DNA from: an uncultured delta proteobacterium
Lineage (GTDB): Bacteria > Myxococcota_A > Polyangia > Haliangiales > Haliangiaceae
DNA length: 64,000 nt
Reading direction: 5' to 3'
NCBI GenBank assembly: GCA_963848295.1
Contig: CAWKDB010000010.1
Location: forward strand, 1,088,001 to 1,152,000
Shown: piece by piece, positions 54,251 to 64,000 of the stretch
Layout: each line of letters begins with the position of its first letter
Position numbering within the stretch: position 1 is the stretch's first letter
Notes under the pieces: generated by a model
What the model was told of the DNA's origin: nothing
The model's database searches: none
What the model saw: only the letters and a program-made list of their open reading frames with translations
Position numbers and translations under genes: made by a program

Positions 54251-54606
54251 ATGAATTCCACGTCAGCGGCGCCAGCGTGCCGGTCATGCCCACGCTCACC
54301 GGCGCCCGCCAAAACGCCCCTCCGACACTCGCATTCGCGCGTGCGGCCGCGTTGTTTCGCGCGGCCGGCGATGTGCCGCGGCTGCGCCTACTGCACACGC
54401 TCGCCCACTCCGAGTGGTGCGTGTCGGAGCTCGCCGAAAGCGAGGGCACGAAGCTCTCGACGTTGTCGCAGCAGCTACGGGTGCTCTACGCGGAGCGAAT
54501 CGTCGAGCGCCGCCGCGAGGGCAAGCACATCTATTATCGTCTCACCGACGAGCATGTTCGCGAGCTGGTCAGCACCGCGCTCGCCCACGCCGGCGAGCTC
54601 GGCTAG
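54251..54606 (+). CDS. ArsR/SmtB-family metalloregulator (5' indel likely)
   Basis: AALFRAAGDVPRLRLL, EWCVSELA, LSQQLRVL, RREGKHIYYRLTDEHV. Confidence 0.88.
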
Positions 54607-54657
54607 CGCGGTCGGCCGCGCGACCGGACTCGAGTTGTCATCAACGCGTTAGACTAT

Positions 54658-54672
54658 TGCAATGCCTATGCA
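54658..54672 (+). promoter_or_regulatory. Candidate Fur-family operator, copy 3
   Basis: TGCAATGCCTATGCA, 22 nt upstream of the SPFH-ATPase operon. Confidence 0.6.
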
Positions 54673-54694
54673 TGTGCTATGACTGTGCGACCTG

Positions 54695-56621
54695 ATGGAC
54701 GAGACGCCGGCGCCACCAGACGAACCCGCACGACGGTCTTCCGAGCTCGACCCGTATCGCGGCGTGCTTCGCTTGCTCGTCGCGCTCGCGGCGCTCGGAG
54801 CGATCGGGGCGTTCGGAGCGGCGATCGCGATCCCGGCGCCGGCGGCGCTCGATGCGGCGGTCACGTTGGGACTTGCTGCCGGAGTGATCGGCGGTGCCGC
54901 AAAGGCACGAGCGCTCCGCCGCCGACGACCCCATCGAGCCGCGGAACCGCTCGCGGTTCCGCGAGTCGAGGCTGAAGCACGACCTCCGGACGCGACGCCG
55001 TCCGTGACGTCCGAACAGCCGGTGTCGACGTCCGAACCGCCGCCGACGGCGTCGACCGAGCCTCCCGCGCCGGCGGCACCAACGACCGAAGCCGCGGTCG
55101 CCGGTCCGGTCTCCCCCGAGCGGACGAAGGCTCCCGAGCGCATCGCGCCGCCTTCACCAGCCGAAGAGCTGGACAATACGCGTACGTGGGTCGCAGGGGC
55201 GACCATCACGGTCATCGCGCTCGAGCACGTATGGCTGCTCGGCACCGCGTTCCGCCCGGGCTGGGTCGCGACCGGCCTCGTCGTTGCGGCATGCCTCGCG
55301 GCAGCGGGCGTCGCCGGCCTCGCCGCGCGATACCTGATGTCGGTCGAAGCGGCGCAGCTGCCGGAGTCCTCCTCGCTCGGTCGAGGGGCACGCGTCACCG
55401 CGTGGGTGCTCGTGCTCGTCGCGATCGCCGCGACCGCGGCCGGGTTCGGCCTCACCGCTGTGTTCTGGGTCGCCCATCTGCTCGCCGCCACCGTGATCGT
55501 TGGCACGTGCATCGGCCTGTTTCGCAAGCACATCGATCGCGAGCGTCCCGAGTTTCCACTCGACCTCGGCGTACCTGCCGTGCTCGGCGCGCGACCCAAC
55601 ATCATCGCCAGCATGCTCGACGCGGCGCGAGCGCCAGCTCGGGATCGATCTGCGCTCGACGTGGGCGCTGACCGTGCGTCCGCCGCAGCATCGTACCGCT
55701 CGCGCTCGGCCTCGCGTCGCTCGGCTGGTTATCGACGGCCATCTCGATCGTGCGTTCCGACGAGCGGGCGTTCGTCGAACGGTTCGGTGTCCGGCTCGAT
55801 GGGCCCGCGCGCTCTCGCCCGGTATCCACCTGCACTGGCCGTGGCCGATCGACCACGTGACGCGGATTCCGGTCCAGCGCGTGCGCTCGCTGACGGTCGG
55901 CCACGAAGGCCGAAGAGTCCGGCCCGGAGAACGTGCTGTGGGCCCGGCGAGCACGCTGCAAACGAGTACACGCTGCTGCTCGGCAACGGCCGCGATCTGA
56001 TCACGATCGACGCCGACGGTCCAGTACCGCATCGTCGACGCGCGCGCGTGGGCGTACGCGCTGCTCAGAACCCGGCCGACGCGCTGCGCGCCATCGCCTA
56101 TCGCGCGGTCATGCGGGCGACGGTCGAACCGCACACTCGCCGAGGCGCTGTCGCGAGAACGTCGCGACGCTGACGGCGGAGATGCGCGACGACGGTCCAG
56201 CACGACGCCGACGCGCTCGGTCTCGGCGTCGAGGTCGATCGCCTTCACGATCGGCGGGATGCACCCGCCGGTCGAGGTCGCTGCGGCGTACCAGGCCGTG
56301 GTCTCGGCCGAGCTCGGCAAGGTCACCGCGATCGTCGAGGCGCACGCGCAGCGCAATCGTGACCGTCCCGGCGGCGGAGGCCGACGGCGTGGTCAGCGCC
56401 AACGACCGCCGCGCGGCGGAGGCGCCGCGGCGCTCGCGCAGGCGGCCGGCGAGGCATGGAGCTTTCGCACGCTCGAAGCGCAGTACCACGCCGCGCCCGA
56501 GGAGTATCGCTTCCGCCGCCGGCTCGAGACGCTGGAGAAGCGGCCTCGCCGGGCGCGCGCTTCACGATCATCGATGCCCGCATCCTGCGGGATGGCGGTG
56601 GAGCTATGGCTGACGCCGTGA
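54695..56621 (+). CDS. HflK-like SPFH protein with large multi-TM N-terminal extension (heavily frameshifted)
   Basis: TM segments, then PGIHLHWPWPID, LLLGNGRDLITID, MHPPVEVAAAYQAVVSA in successive frames. Confidence 0.65.
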
Positions 56622-57526
56622 AGTACGCGAGACGCTGGCTGCGGGCCACGGTCGGGACTCCTGGCGCTCGCCGCGATCGTGCTTCACGCCTCGGCGGTCG
56701 TCGTGCGTGAAGGCCAGGCGGTGCTCGTCACCCGGTTCGGCGCGCCCGCTTCGCATCGCGACCGAGCCGGGGCTGCACTGGAAGCTGCCGTGGCCGATCG
56801 ACGAGACGACCGTGTCTCGACATGCGGCGCCGCGTCTACGAGACCGGGCACACCGAGATGCTCACGCGCGACAAGAAGAACGTCATCGCGCGCACGTTCG
56901 TGGTGTGGCGCATCGGCGATCCGCTCGCTGTTCACCCAGGCGGTGGGCGACGCAGGCGCAGGCCGACGGCAAGCTCGACGGCCTGCTGACCAACGCCGCG
57001 ATCGCGACGCTCGGCGGCCACGACCTGTCGGCGCTCGTGTCCACCGAGCCCGAACGACCTCCAGGTCGATCAGATCGAGGCCGAACTGCTGGCCTCGACC
57101 GCGCCCGTGGCATTGAAGAGCTACGGGGTCGCGATCGAACAGATCCGACTCGAACGCATCGCGCTGCCCGAGGAGAACGTGACCGCGGTGTTCGACCAGA
57201 TGCGCGCCGAGCGCCGCCAGTTCGCGGCGAAGTACGAGGCCGAAGGCGAGCGCGAGGCAAGCGCGCATCCGCTCCGAGGCGGACCTCGAGGCCGCGAAGC
57301 ATCCGCGCGCAAGGGCGACGAGGAAGCAGCGCGCATCCGCGGCGAGTCCGCGGCCGAGGTCGCGAAGACCTACGCCGATGCGCACAAGGTCGATCCGCGA
57401 GCTCTACCGCTTCACGCGCTCACTCGAGTCGCTCGAGAAGCTCGTCACCAGCGACGCACGTCGCTGATCCTGCGCACCGATTCCGAGCCGTTTTCGCTGC
57501 TGCAGAGCACAGCCGAGCCAAGATGA
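56606..57526 (+). CDS. HflC-like SPFH protein (frameshifted)
   Basis: VVREGQAVLVTRFG, EPGLHWKLPWPID, EMLTRDKKN, AVFDQMRAER, LILRTDSEPF. Confidence 0.75.
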
Positions 57527-58640
57527 GGCGGCCGCAAGCCGCCGTCGGAGATCGCCCGGCTGGCCGCGCCGCTGGCCCGCGTGCTCGATGCCGGACTGGC
57601 GGCGCATGCACTGGTGGCTCGCGACGATGGCCGTGCTGTACGCGCTCTCCGGCGATCACGCATCGTCAAGCCGGACGAGGTCGCGGTGGTGCTGCGCTGG
57701 GGCGCATGTGGTCGAGTGGAACGCACGGGCCGGGCCTCGCTGTTCGCGCTACCGCGGCCGATCGATGAGGTCGTCCGCGTTCCGATCAAGCACGTCTCCG
57801 AGTTCCGCATCGACACGCTCGCGACGTGCGTACGGGGTGATCGAGCACGCTCGATCCGGTGCAGGCAGGGCTACGCGCTCACCGGCGATCACAACATCGT
57901 CCATGTCGAGATCGTCGCGCACTACCGCGTCCGCGATCCGGTCGAATGGGCGTTCTACGGTCCCAACGCCGACGACGTGCTGCGCGTCGAGGTCACGCGC
58001 CGCGATGGTGCGGTCGCTGGGCGAGATGGGCGTCGATCGCGTGCTGTCCGACGGCCGCAAGGAGCTCATCGCGACCGCGACCGCGGCGCGCGCAGGCCGG
58101 CCTCGATGCCGCCCAGCACCGGGCTCGAGCTGACTCGTCGCTCGAGCTCACGCGACTCGGCTCCGCCCGTCGCGGTGGCGCGCGAGTTCGACGCGGTGCA
58201 GAGCGCGTTCATCGGCGCCGAGACGCAAGAAGAAGGAGGCCCAGGCGTACGCGCAGAGCGCGATTCCCGCACGCGCAGGCGGCCGCCGATCAGGCGGTCC
58301 AAGCTTGCACGCGGCGACGCCGCCGACGGCCATCGCTCGACGCCAAGGGCGACGCCGAGGCCTTCCTGGCGCTCGACCCAGCAGTACCGCCAGAACCCGA
58401 TCGTCGTACGCGAGCGGCTGTACCGCGATGCCGTCGAGCAAGCGCGATCGGCGTGCCGCGAGCGTGCGCTGGGTGCCGCCACCCGACGGCGCGCGATATA
58501 CGGAGCTTCCGGATCGCGATCGACCGCACGGACGCCGGCCGGGCGCCGACTCCGAGCTCCGGCCGCGCCTGCCGCCGGAGGACGCCGTCCGACGAGCAGG
58601 ACGAGGCGCCGTCCGACGACCTCGGGCGGACGATCGATGG
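57523..58640 (+). CDS. Second HflK-like SPFH protein (frameshifted; end approximate)
   Basis: IVKPDEVAVVLRWG, ALPRPIDEV, GYALTGDHNIV, YRVRDP, FDAVQSA, RERLYRD. Confidence 0.7.
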
Positions 58641-60595
58641 AGGACGTGCTGATCGAACCGGTGCCCGGCGTCCTGGCTGCCGAGGAGCGCCGCCGGATCA
58701 GCGTCGGCTCGGCACCGGCCTCGCCGGCCATCGGGCTGCTCGCGCTCGGCACGGTGCTGCTTCACGCTCGCGCCCGATCAATGGCAGATCGGCGAGCTGT
58801 GCCGCGGCGATCGCCGCGCTCGTCGTCGCGGCGTTCCGACGCTGATTCGGGCATTCGCGGCATCATCACCGGCGACACGCGCCGCACGACCGATCAGCTC
58901 GTCGCGATCGCGGTCCTCGCCGCCGCGGCGACCGGCCACTTCGTCACCGCGACGCTCATCCCGCTGTTCCTCGAGATCGGCCGGCTGTTCGAGGAGCGAA
59001 GCGCGCTGGGGGCCCGCGCCGCCATCGACGGCATCCGCGCGCTCGCCGCGCGCCAGGCCGTCAAGCTCCACGGCGACGAAGAGCTCCGCGTCGATCCCGA
59101 CACGCCTGGTGGTCGGCGACGAGATCCTGTCCGTCCGGGCGAGCGCATCGCGGTCGACGGCACCGTCCTCGACGGCCGGCGGCCGTCGATCCATCCGCGA
59201 TCACCGGCGAGTCAGTGCACGACGACGTCGGGCCCGGTAGCCCGGTGTTCGCCGGACGATCGCGCTCGACGGCATGCTCAGGATCCAGGTCCGCGGTGCC
59301 GGTGCCGAACACCGTGCTCGGCCGCGTGGTCAAGCTGCTCGCCGACGTCGAGCGCACGTCGGTGCCCGATGCTGCGCGTTATTCGAGCAGCGCGCCGGCG
59401 TGTGGCTGCCACTGGTGCTCACGCTGGCGGCAACGACGCTGTTCTTCACCAAGGATCTGTCGCGCGCGATCACGGTGCTCGTCGTCGCGACCCCCACCGC
59501 GCTCGTGGTCGCCGGCCCGGCGGCGATGGTCGCCGCTATGAGCGTCGCGACGCGGCTGCGCATGCTCGTCAAGAGCTCCGACTTCTTCGAGCGCGCGCCC
59601 GACGTCGACACGCTGATCCTCGACAAGACCGGCACGGTCACGCTCGGTGCGCCGACGGTCACCGAGCTGCGCCCGACGGCGGGCGTCGCCGACGACGAGC
59701 TTGCTCGCGACCGCGGTCGCGTGCGCTTCGGCTCGCTGCACCCGGTGTCGCGCGCGGTCGTCGCGGCCGGGCACGCCCGCGGGATCGTCGCGCCGACCGA
59801 GCGAGCTGCAGGAGCGTCCGGGCCTCGGCGTGCTCGCTCAGGTCGATGGCGAGCCGCTGCGTGCTAGGTCGGCGAGCGCTGCTCGCGGAGTGCGGGGTCG
59901 AGGTCGCCGCCGACATCGATGACGACGTCTCGCAGGTCTGGGTCGCGCGCGCCGGGAGATGCCTCGGACAGATCGTGCTGCGCGACCGTCCGCGGGGCGA
60001 GGCCCACGAAGCGCTCGCGGCAATGCGCGCGCTCGGAATCGACCGATTCGTGCTGCTCACCGGCGATCGTGCCGCGGCAGCCCACGAGGTCGGCGCGGCG
60101 CTCGGCATGGACGAGGTGATCGCCGAGGTCTTGCCGGCGCAGAAACTCGAGGTCATCCGCGCCCATCAGAAGGCCGGCCGCGTCGTGATGATGGTCGGCG
60201 ACGGCGTCAACGACGCCCCGGCGCTCGCAGGCGCCGACGTCGGCGTCGCGGTCGGCGCCGAGCTCAACGAGGTCGCGCTCGGTGGCGCCGACGCCGCCTT
60301 ACTCGGCGCCGACCTGAGGCGCCTGCCGCGCCTCATCAGGCTCGCCGACACGACGCGCCGCATCCTCGGTCAGAACGTCTGGCTCGCCTTCGGCCTCTCG
60401 CTCATCCTCATCGGATTCGCGGCGCTCGGTGCGCTCGATCCGATGACCGGGGCGCTGGCGCAGAGTGCGGCGGTCATCCTCGTGGTCGTCAACAGTGCGC
60501 GCATCCTCCGGTTCGATGACAAGGCCGCGGCCGTCGACGCCACGCGCGATGCGCCTGGTGAATCTCCACAACCCGCAGCCGCGACCGCAACATGA
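58637..60595 (+). CDS. Heavy-metal-type (P1B-like) P-type ATPase with TPT in place of CPC (frameshifted)
   Basis: RPGERIAVDG, ITGES, VLVVATPTAL, DKTGT, SLHP, LTGD, MVGDGVNDAPALA. Confidence 0.85.
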   Translation: MEDVLIEPVPGVLAAEERRRISVGSAPASPAIGLLALGTVLLHARARSMADRRAVPRRSPRSSSRRSDADSGIRGIITGDTRRTTDQLVAIAVLAAAATGHFVTATLIPLFLEIGRLFEERSALGARAAIDGIRALAARQAVKLHGDEELRVDPDTPGGRRRDPVRPGERIAVDGTVLDGRRPSIHPRSPASQCTTTSGPVARCSPDDRARRHAQDPGPRCRCRTPCSAAWSSCSPTSSARRCPMLRVIRAARRRVAATGAHAGGNDAVLHQGSVARDHGARRRDPHRARGRRPGGDGRRYERRDAAAHARQELRLLRARARRRHADPRQDRHGHARCADGHRAAPDGGRRRRRACSRPRSRALRLAAPGVARGRRGRARPRDRRADRASCRSVRASACSLRSMASRCVLGRRALLAECGVEVAADIDDDVSQVWVARAGRCLGQIVLRDRPRGEAHEALAAMRALGIDRFVLLTGDRAAAAHEVGAALGMDEVIAEVLPAQKLEVIRAHQKAGRVVMMVGDGVNDAPALAGADVGVAVGAELNEVALGGADAALLGADLRRLPRLIRLADTTRRILGQNVWLAFGLSLILIGFAALGALDPMTGALAQSAAVILVVVNSARILRFDDKAAAVDATRDAPGESPQPAAATAT

Positions 60596-60742
60596 ACGAC
60601 AGCGTCGCGGGTTGCCGAGACTTCTGGACGAGATCGCGACGCTGAACCGCCGCCCCGGCTCGAACCAGGTGTGCTCGCCGTACTGACCGCGTGTCATGCT
60701 GGGAGTGGGCAACCGATCGCCCACTCGGAGGTCTCACCAGCG

Positions 60743-61984
60743 ATGCGCGGCTCGGTGCTCGTGGCGTCAGCGGCGGTCCACGCCGCGCTGTTCGCGGCGA
60801 TGATGCACTGGCTCGATCGCGACGACCATCTGGCACTTGCTGGCACGGCGCCGACACGGGCGCAGCCGACGCCGATCGAGATCTTGCCGCCGAGTGCCAG
60901 CCCGCCGATCGACGTCGAGATGTTACCGCCGGATGTCACGACCCCGACCGCGCCGCTCCCGCCGTCCGCGCCTGCGCCTGCGTCGAATCGCGCGACCGCG
61001 GCGCCGGCCTCGAGCAAGGCGGTCGCCTCCGCGATCGCGCCGACCGGCGACGAGTCGACCGTGCCGACCAGCGAGCACCCGCCTTCGACCGACAATCCAT
61101 TGATGCGCATGCGCGGTCCCCAGCTGCCGAACCTCGGCGACACGCTCGACAAGATCGCCGCCGAGGGCAGCGCCGCGTCACCGCCGGTGGTCCCGAAGAC
61201 CGGGATGCTGCGCGAGAAGGGCCACGACACCGCAAAGATCTACGACACGGTCACGACCGTCGCGGTCGCCGCCGACGGCACGGTCAAGTTCCACGACAAG
61301 TCCGCGGCGGACATCCACTTCGCGCTGCCGTTCATGCACCTGGACGTCGATGGCATCGGCCGCAGCATCGGCCAGGGGCTCCACGAATGGGCCGAGGATC
61401 CCTACGCGCAGACGCGAGTCGGCACGACGCAAGATCAGCCGCGGACGAACCAGGCGGTGCCCGAGCAGTGTGACGAGTGGGGCTCGTGCTTACCGACCGG
61501 TGGTGGGCCCGGCATCGGCCACGCCGAAGAATCGAACGACAACACCGGCGGTGGCAGCGTCATCCCGCTCCTCGGCGGCCACCTCGACGTCACCGATTGG
61601 CTGATGCGCCGCCACCATATGGATCCGTACGCGTCGCGCAAGTTGAAGATCCTCGACGCGACTCGCGACGAACGCGTCGCGCGCGGCGATGCGCACAAGA
61701 CCGAGCAGCTCGAACAGGCGGGCGAATACATGCGCAAGAACCTCGCGACGCTGTACGCGGCCAACGGCTCGCCCGCGGAGAAGCGCGAGGCGTTGTTCGA
61801 GCTTTGGGACGAGTGTGCCGAAGGCGAAGGGCCGCTCGGCGAGGCCGGCGGCCGCGCGCGGATGGAGGTCATCGGCTGGATCGCCGTCCACATCCCGAAG
61901 GGCAATCCCGAGGCGTTCACCGACGCGGAGCTCGAGCGGTTCAACGCCCATCGCAGCTCGAAGCAGGTCTTCGCGCCCTACTGA
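60743..61984 (+). CDS. Hypothetical membrane-anchored Pro-rich protein
   Basis: N-terminal TM SAAVHAAL, Pro-rich linker, DVTDWLMR...DPY, LFELWDECAE. Confidence 0.7.
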   Translation: MRGSVLVASAAVHAALFAAMMHWLDRDDHLALAGTAPTRAQPTPIEILPPSASPPIDVEMLPPDVTTPTAPLPPSAPAPASNRATAAPASSKAVASAIAPTGDESTVPTSEHPPSTDNPLMRMRGPQLPNLGDTLDKIAAEGSAASPPVVPKTGMLREKGHDTAKIYDTVTTVAVAADGTVKFHDKSAADIHFALPFMHLDVDGIGRSIGQGLHEWAEDPYAQTRVGTTQDQPRTNQAVPEQCDEWGSCLPTGGGPGIGHAEESNDNTGGGSVIPLLGGHLDVTDWLMRRHHMDPYASRKLKILDATRDERVARGDAHKTEQLEQAGEYMRKNLATLYAANGSPAEKREALFELWDECAEGEGPLGEAGGRARMEVIGWIAVHIPKGNPEAFTDAELERFNAHRSSKQVFAPY

Positions 61985-62004
61985 GTCCGTGGTACGAACC
62001 GCGG

Positions 62005-63372
62005 GTGTCGGCCCCGCTGATCCCGCTCGGCAAGCGCGCACCCGCGCCACGGCCGCCGCCACCAGCCGGCGCGCCCCGGGTGTTCGTCGAGACCTACGGC
62101 TGTCAGATGAACGTCGCCGACAGCGATCTGATCGGCAGCGTGCTCGCCGATGCCGGCTACGCGCAAGCCGCGCGCGCCGACGATGCCGACGTCATCGTGA
62201 TCAACACGTGCGCGGTGCGCGAGAAAGCCGAGGAGCGCGTGATCGCACGCGCCGCCGAGCTCGGCTCGCACAAGCGCAAGCGGCCCGGCACGGTGCTCGC
62301 GATCGTCGGCTGCATGGCCGAGCATCTCAAGGAAGGCCTGGCCGAACGCGCGCCCGCGGTCGACGTCATCGCCGGGCCCGACAGCTACCGGCGCATGCCC
62401 GAGCTGCTCGCCGCGGCGCGCGCGAAGTCCGGGCTCGTGGTCGACGTCCACCTCGACAAGGCAGAGACCTACGAGGGGCTGTCCGGCGCGGTCGGCGGCG
62501 ATGGCGTCTCGGGCTTCGTGACGATCCAACGCGGCTGCGACAAGTTCTGCACGTTCTGCGTCGTGCCGTTCACCCGCGGTCGCGAGCGCGGCACCCCACC
62601 GCGCGAGGTGTTGCGCCAGGTGCGCGAGCTCGCCGCCGCCGGCTATCGCGAGGTCATGCTGCTCGGGCAGACCGTCAACTCGTACGTCTACGAAGACGTC
62701 ACGTTCGCCGAGCTGCTGCGCGCCGTCGCGCGCACCGACATCGAGCGCATCCGGTTCACGTCGCCGTATCCGGTCGACTTCACCGACGACGTGATCGCCG
62801 CGCTCGCCGAAGAGCCGAAGTTGTGCAAGTACATTCACCTGCCGGTGCAGTCCGGCTCCGATGTCGTGCTCGAGCGGATGCGCCGCGGCTACACCGTCGC
62901 CGACTTTCGCTCGATCGTGTCGCGCCTGCGCGCCGCCATGCCGCACGTCGCGCTATCGACCGACATCCTCAGCGGCTTCTCCGGCGAGACGGAAGGCGAT
63001 CACGCCGCGACGCTGGAGCTCATGCGCGAGATCCGATTCGACAGCGCGTTCATGTTCGCGTACTCCGAGCGCGACCTGACGTTCGCCGCGAAGAAGCTGC
63101 CCGACGATGTCACTCCCGCGATCAAGGCGCGCCGACTCGCCGAGATCGTCGCACTGCAAGAACAGATCTCGGCCGAGGTATTCGCGGCCCACGTCGGGCG
63201 CGCCGAGCGCGTGCTCGTCCACGGCCCGAGCAAGCGCGACCCGGCCCAGCTCGTCGGTCGCACCGATGGCTTCAAGACCGTGATCCTGCCCGCCGGCGTC
63301 GGGGCGGTCGGCGAGATCGTGGACGTAACGATCTCGCGCGCGACGATGGCGACGCTGTTCGCGTCTGTCTGA
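62005..63372 (+). CDS. miaB: tRNA-2-methylthio-N6-isopentenyladenosine synthase MiaB
   Basis: ETYGCQMN, NTCAVREKAE, GCDKFCTFCVVP radical-SAM motif, HLPVQSGSD, C-terminal TRAM. Confidence 0.95.
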   Translation: MSAPLIPLGKRAPAPRPPPPAGAPRVFVETYGCQMNVADSDLIGSVLADAGYAQAARADDADVIVINTCAVREKAEERVIARAAELGSHKRKRPGTVLAIVGCMAEHLKEGLAERAPAVDVIAGPDSYRRMPELLAAARAKSGLVVDVHLDKAETYEGLSGAVGGDGVSGFVTIQRGCDKFCTFCVVPFTRGRERGTPPREVLRQVRELAAAGYREVMLLGQTVNSYVYEDVTFAELLRAVARTDIERIRFTSPYPVDFTDDVIAALAEEPKLCKYIHLPVQSGSDVVLERMRRGYTVADFRSIVSRLRAAMPHVALSTDILSGFSGETEGDHAATLELMREIRFDSAFMFAYSERDLTFAAKKLPDDVTPAIKARRLAEIVALQEQISAEVFAAHVGRAERVLVHGPSKRDPAQLVGRTDGFKTVILPAGVGAVGEIVDVTISRATMATLFASV

Positions 63373-63801
63373 CAGCAGTCTCCCGCGCTCAAGGCGACCC
63401 CGTACATCGCGCGCACCCGCATTGCACTGGTCCTCGTCGGCATCCTCTACGCGTGGACCGCCCACGGGAACTACTACGATCTCAGGCCGTGGCGTGACGG
63501 GACCCTGTTCGACGGTGAACCTAATGGCGAGCTCAAACAGATAATCGACCTCGCGTTCTACATCATCGTGTTCACTTGCATCGCCAGCGTCGCGAGCGTC
63601 GTGCTGGCTGCGATCGCGGGCAAGAAGCCTGCGTTTGCGATCTGCACCGCGATCGCGATCTTTGCGTTCTACACCGCGCTTCGAATCTATCAAACCGACG
63701 GCCACTTCATGTCCTACTGGGTGTGGTCGCTGACCACCGTCACGCTCGCAGTGGGCTGCCAAGGCGCCTACGATGTGACCCAAGAATCGCGCCGGCGTTA
63801 G
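63373..63801 (+). CDS. Hypothetical membrane protein (start unresolved)
   Basis: Frame is open from the miaB stop to 63801 and encodes about four hydrophobic segments; first standard start codon is GTG at 63568. Confidence 0.45.
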   Translation, partial: QQSPALKATPYIARTRIALVLVGILYAWTAHGNYYDLRPWRDGTLFDGEPNGELKQIIDLAFYIIVFTCIASVASVVLAAIAGKKPAFAICTAIAIFAFYTALRIYQTDGHFMSYWVWSLTTVTLAVGCQGAYDVTQESRRR

Positions 63802-63861
63802 CGCATCTGCTCGACGATCGCGCGCGCTACTCGGCGCGAGCCGAGCAGCGCGAGAGTCTGG

Positions 63862-63931
63862 AGAGTCTGGGGACGCTGTCTCTTTTGTCACTTTGTAGAG
63901 TCTGGGGACGCTGTCTCTTTTGTCACTTTGT
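63862..63931 (+). repeat. Two tandem 35-bp repeats related to the transposase-flanking repeats
   Basis: AGAGTCTGGGGACGCTGTCTCTTTTGTCACTTTGT at 63862..63896 and 63897..63931. Confidence 0.85.
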
Positions 63932-64000
63932 TGGTCTCTTGACGACCGCATCGCTACCGCAACTAATGCTCGCAGGATGGTCCTTGTCCCCGAACCAATC

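Noticed and set aside
53800..60000. Metal cluster as a decaying pseudogene island
   Set aside because: Indel density is very high but codon usage and motifs are preserved; cannot be separated from assembly error without reads, so not claimed
63370..63801. Stop-codon read-through or selenocysteine extension of miaB
   Set aside because: MiaB is already complete with its TRAM domain; a lost start or indel in a separate membrane gene is simpler, and no SECIS was recognised

Overview
High-GC chromosomal window that looks myxobacterial (possibly Kofleriaceae/Haliangiales-like; inferred from gene content such as TIGR04552-like protein, pilBTC-pilS, Ser/Thr kinase-TPR modules and Cys-rich lipoproteins). 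Housekeeping genes: clpA/clpS, M20 peptidase, an actinobacterial-type three-subunit succinate dehydrogenase operon, an isocitrate/isopropylmalate-family dehydrogenase, rpoZ, an RlmI-like methyltransferase, type IV pilus genes, miaB and tRNA-Leu(CAA). Many genes (clpA, pilB/T/C/S, most of 46-60 kb) are broken by small indels that most likely are long-read assembly errors, so their coordinates are approximate. The most unusual items are: (1) about 5.6 tandem copies of a 188-bp unit directly downstream of tRNA-Leu, each re-creating the tRNA 3' end and carrying several GNA-triloop hairpins, next to a four-helix-bundle gene flanked by CCG-hexamer tracts and a truncated macro-domain gene; (2) a RAYT/Y1 HUH transposase enclosed by two nested pairs of inverted repeats, one copy of which forms a sigma70-like promoter in front of the sdh operon, with a related repeat at the window end; (3) a ~15-kb metal-homeostasis cluster with two Fur-family regulators, an ArsR, a shared TGCAA-N4-TATGCA box at three sites, a His-rich CruR/DUF2946-like leader ORF ending in APKTSPP ahead of a TonB-dependent receptor, a ZIP-like permease, a His/Cys-duplicated protein, and three SPFH (HflK/C-like) genes coupled to a P1B-type ATPase whose usual CPC metal site reads TPT. 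All family assignments come from motif recognition only; no database searches were run.
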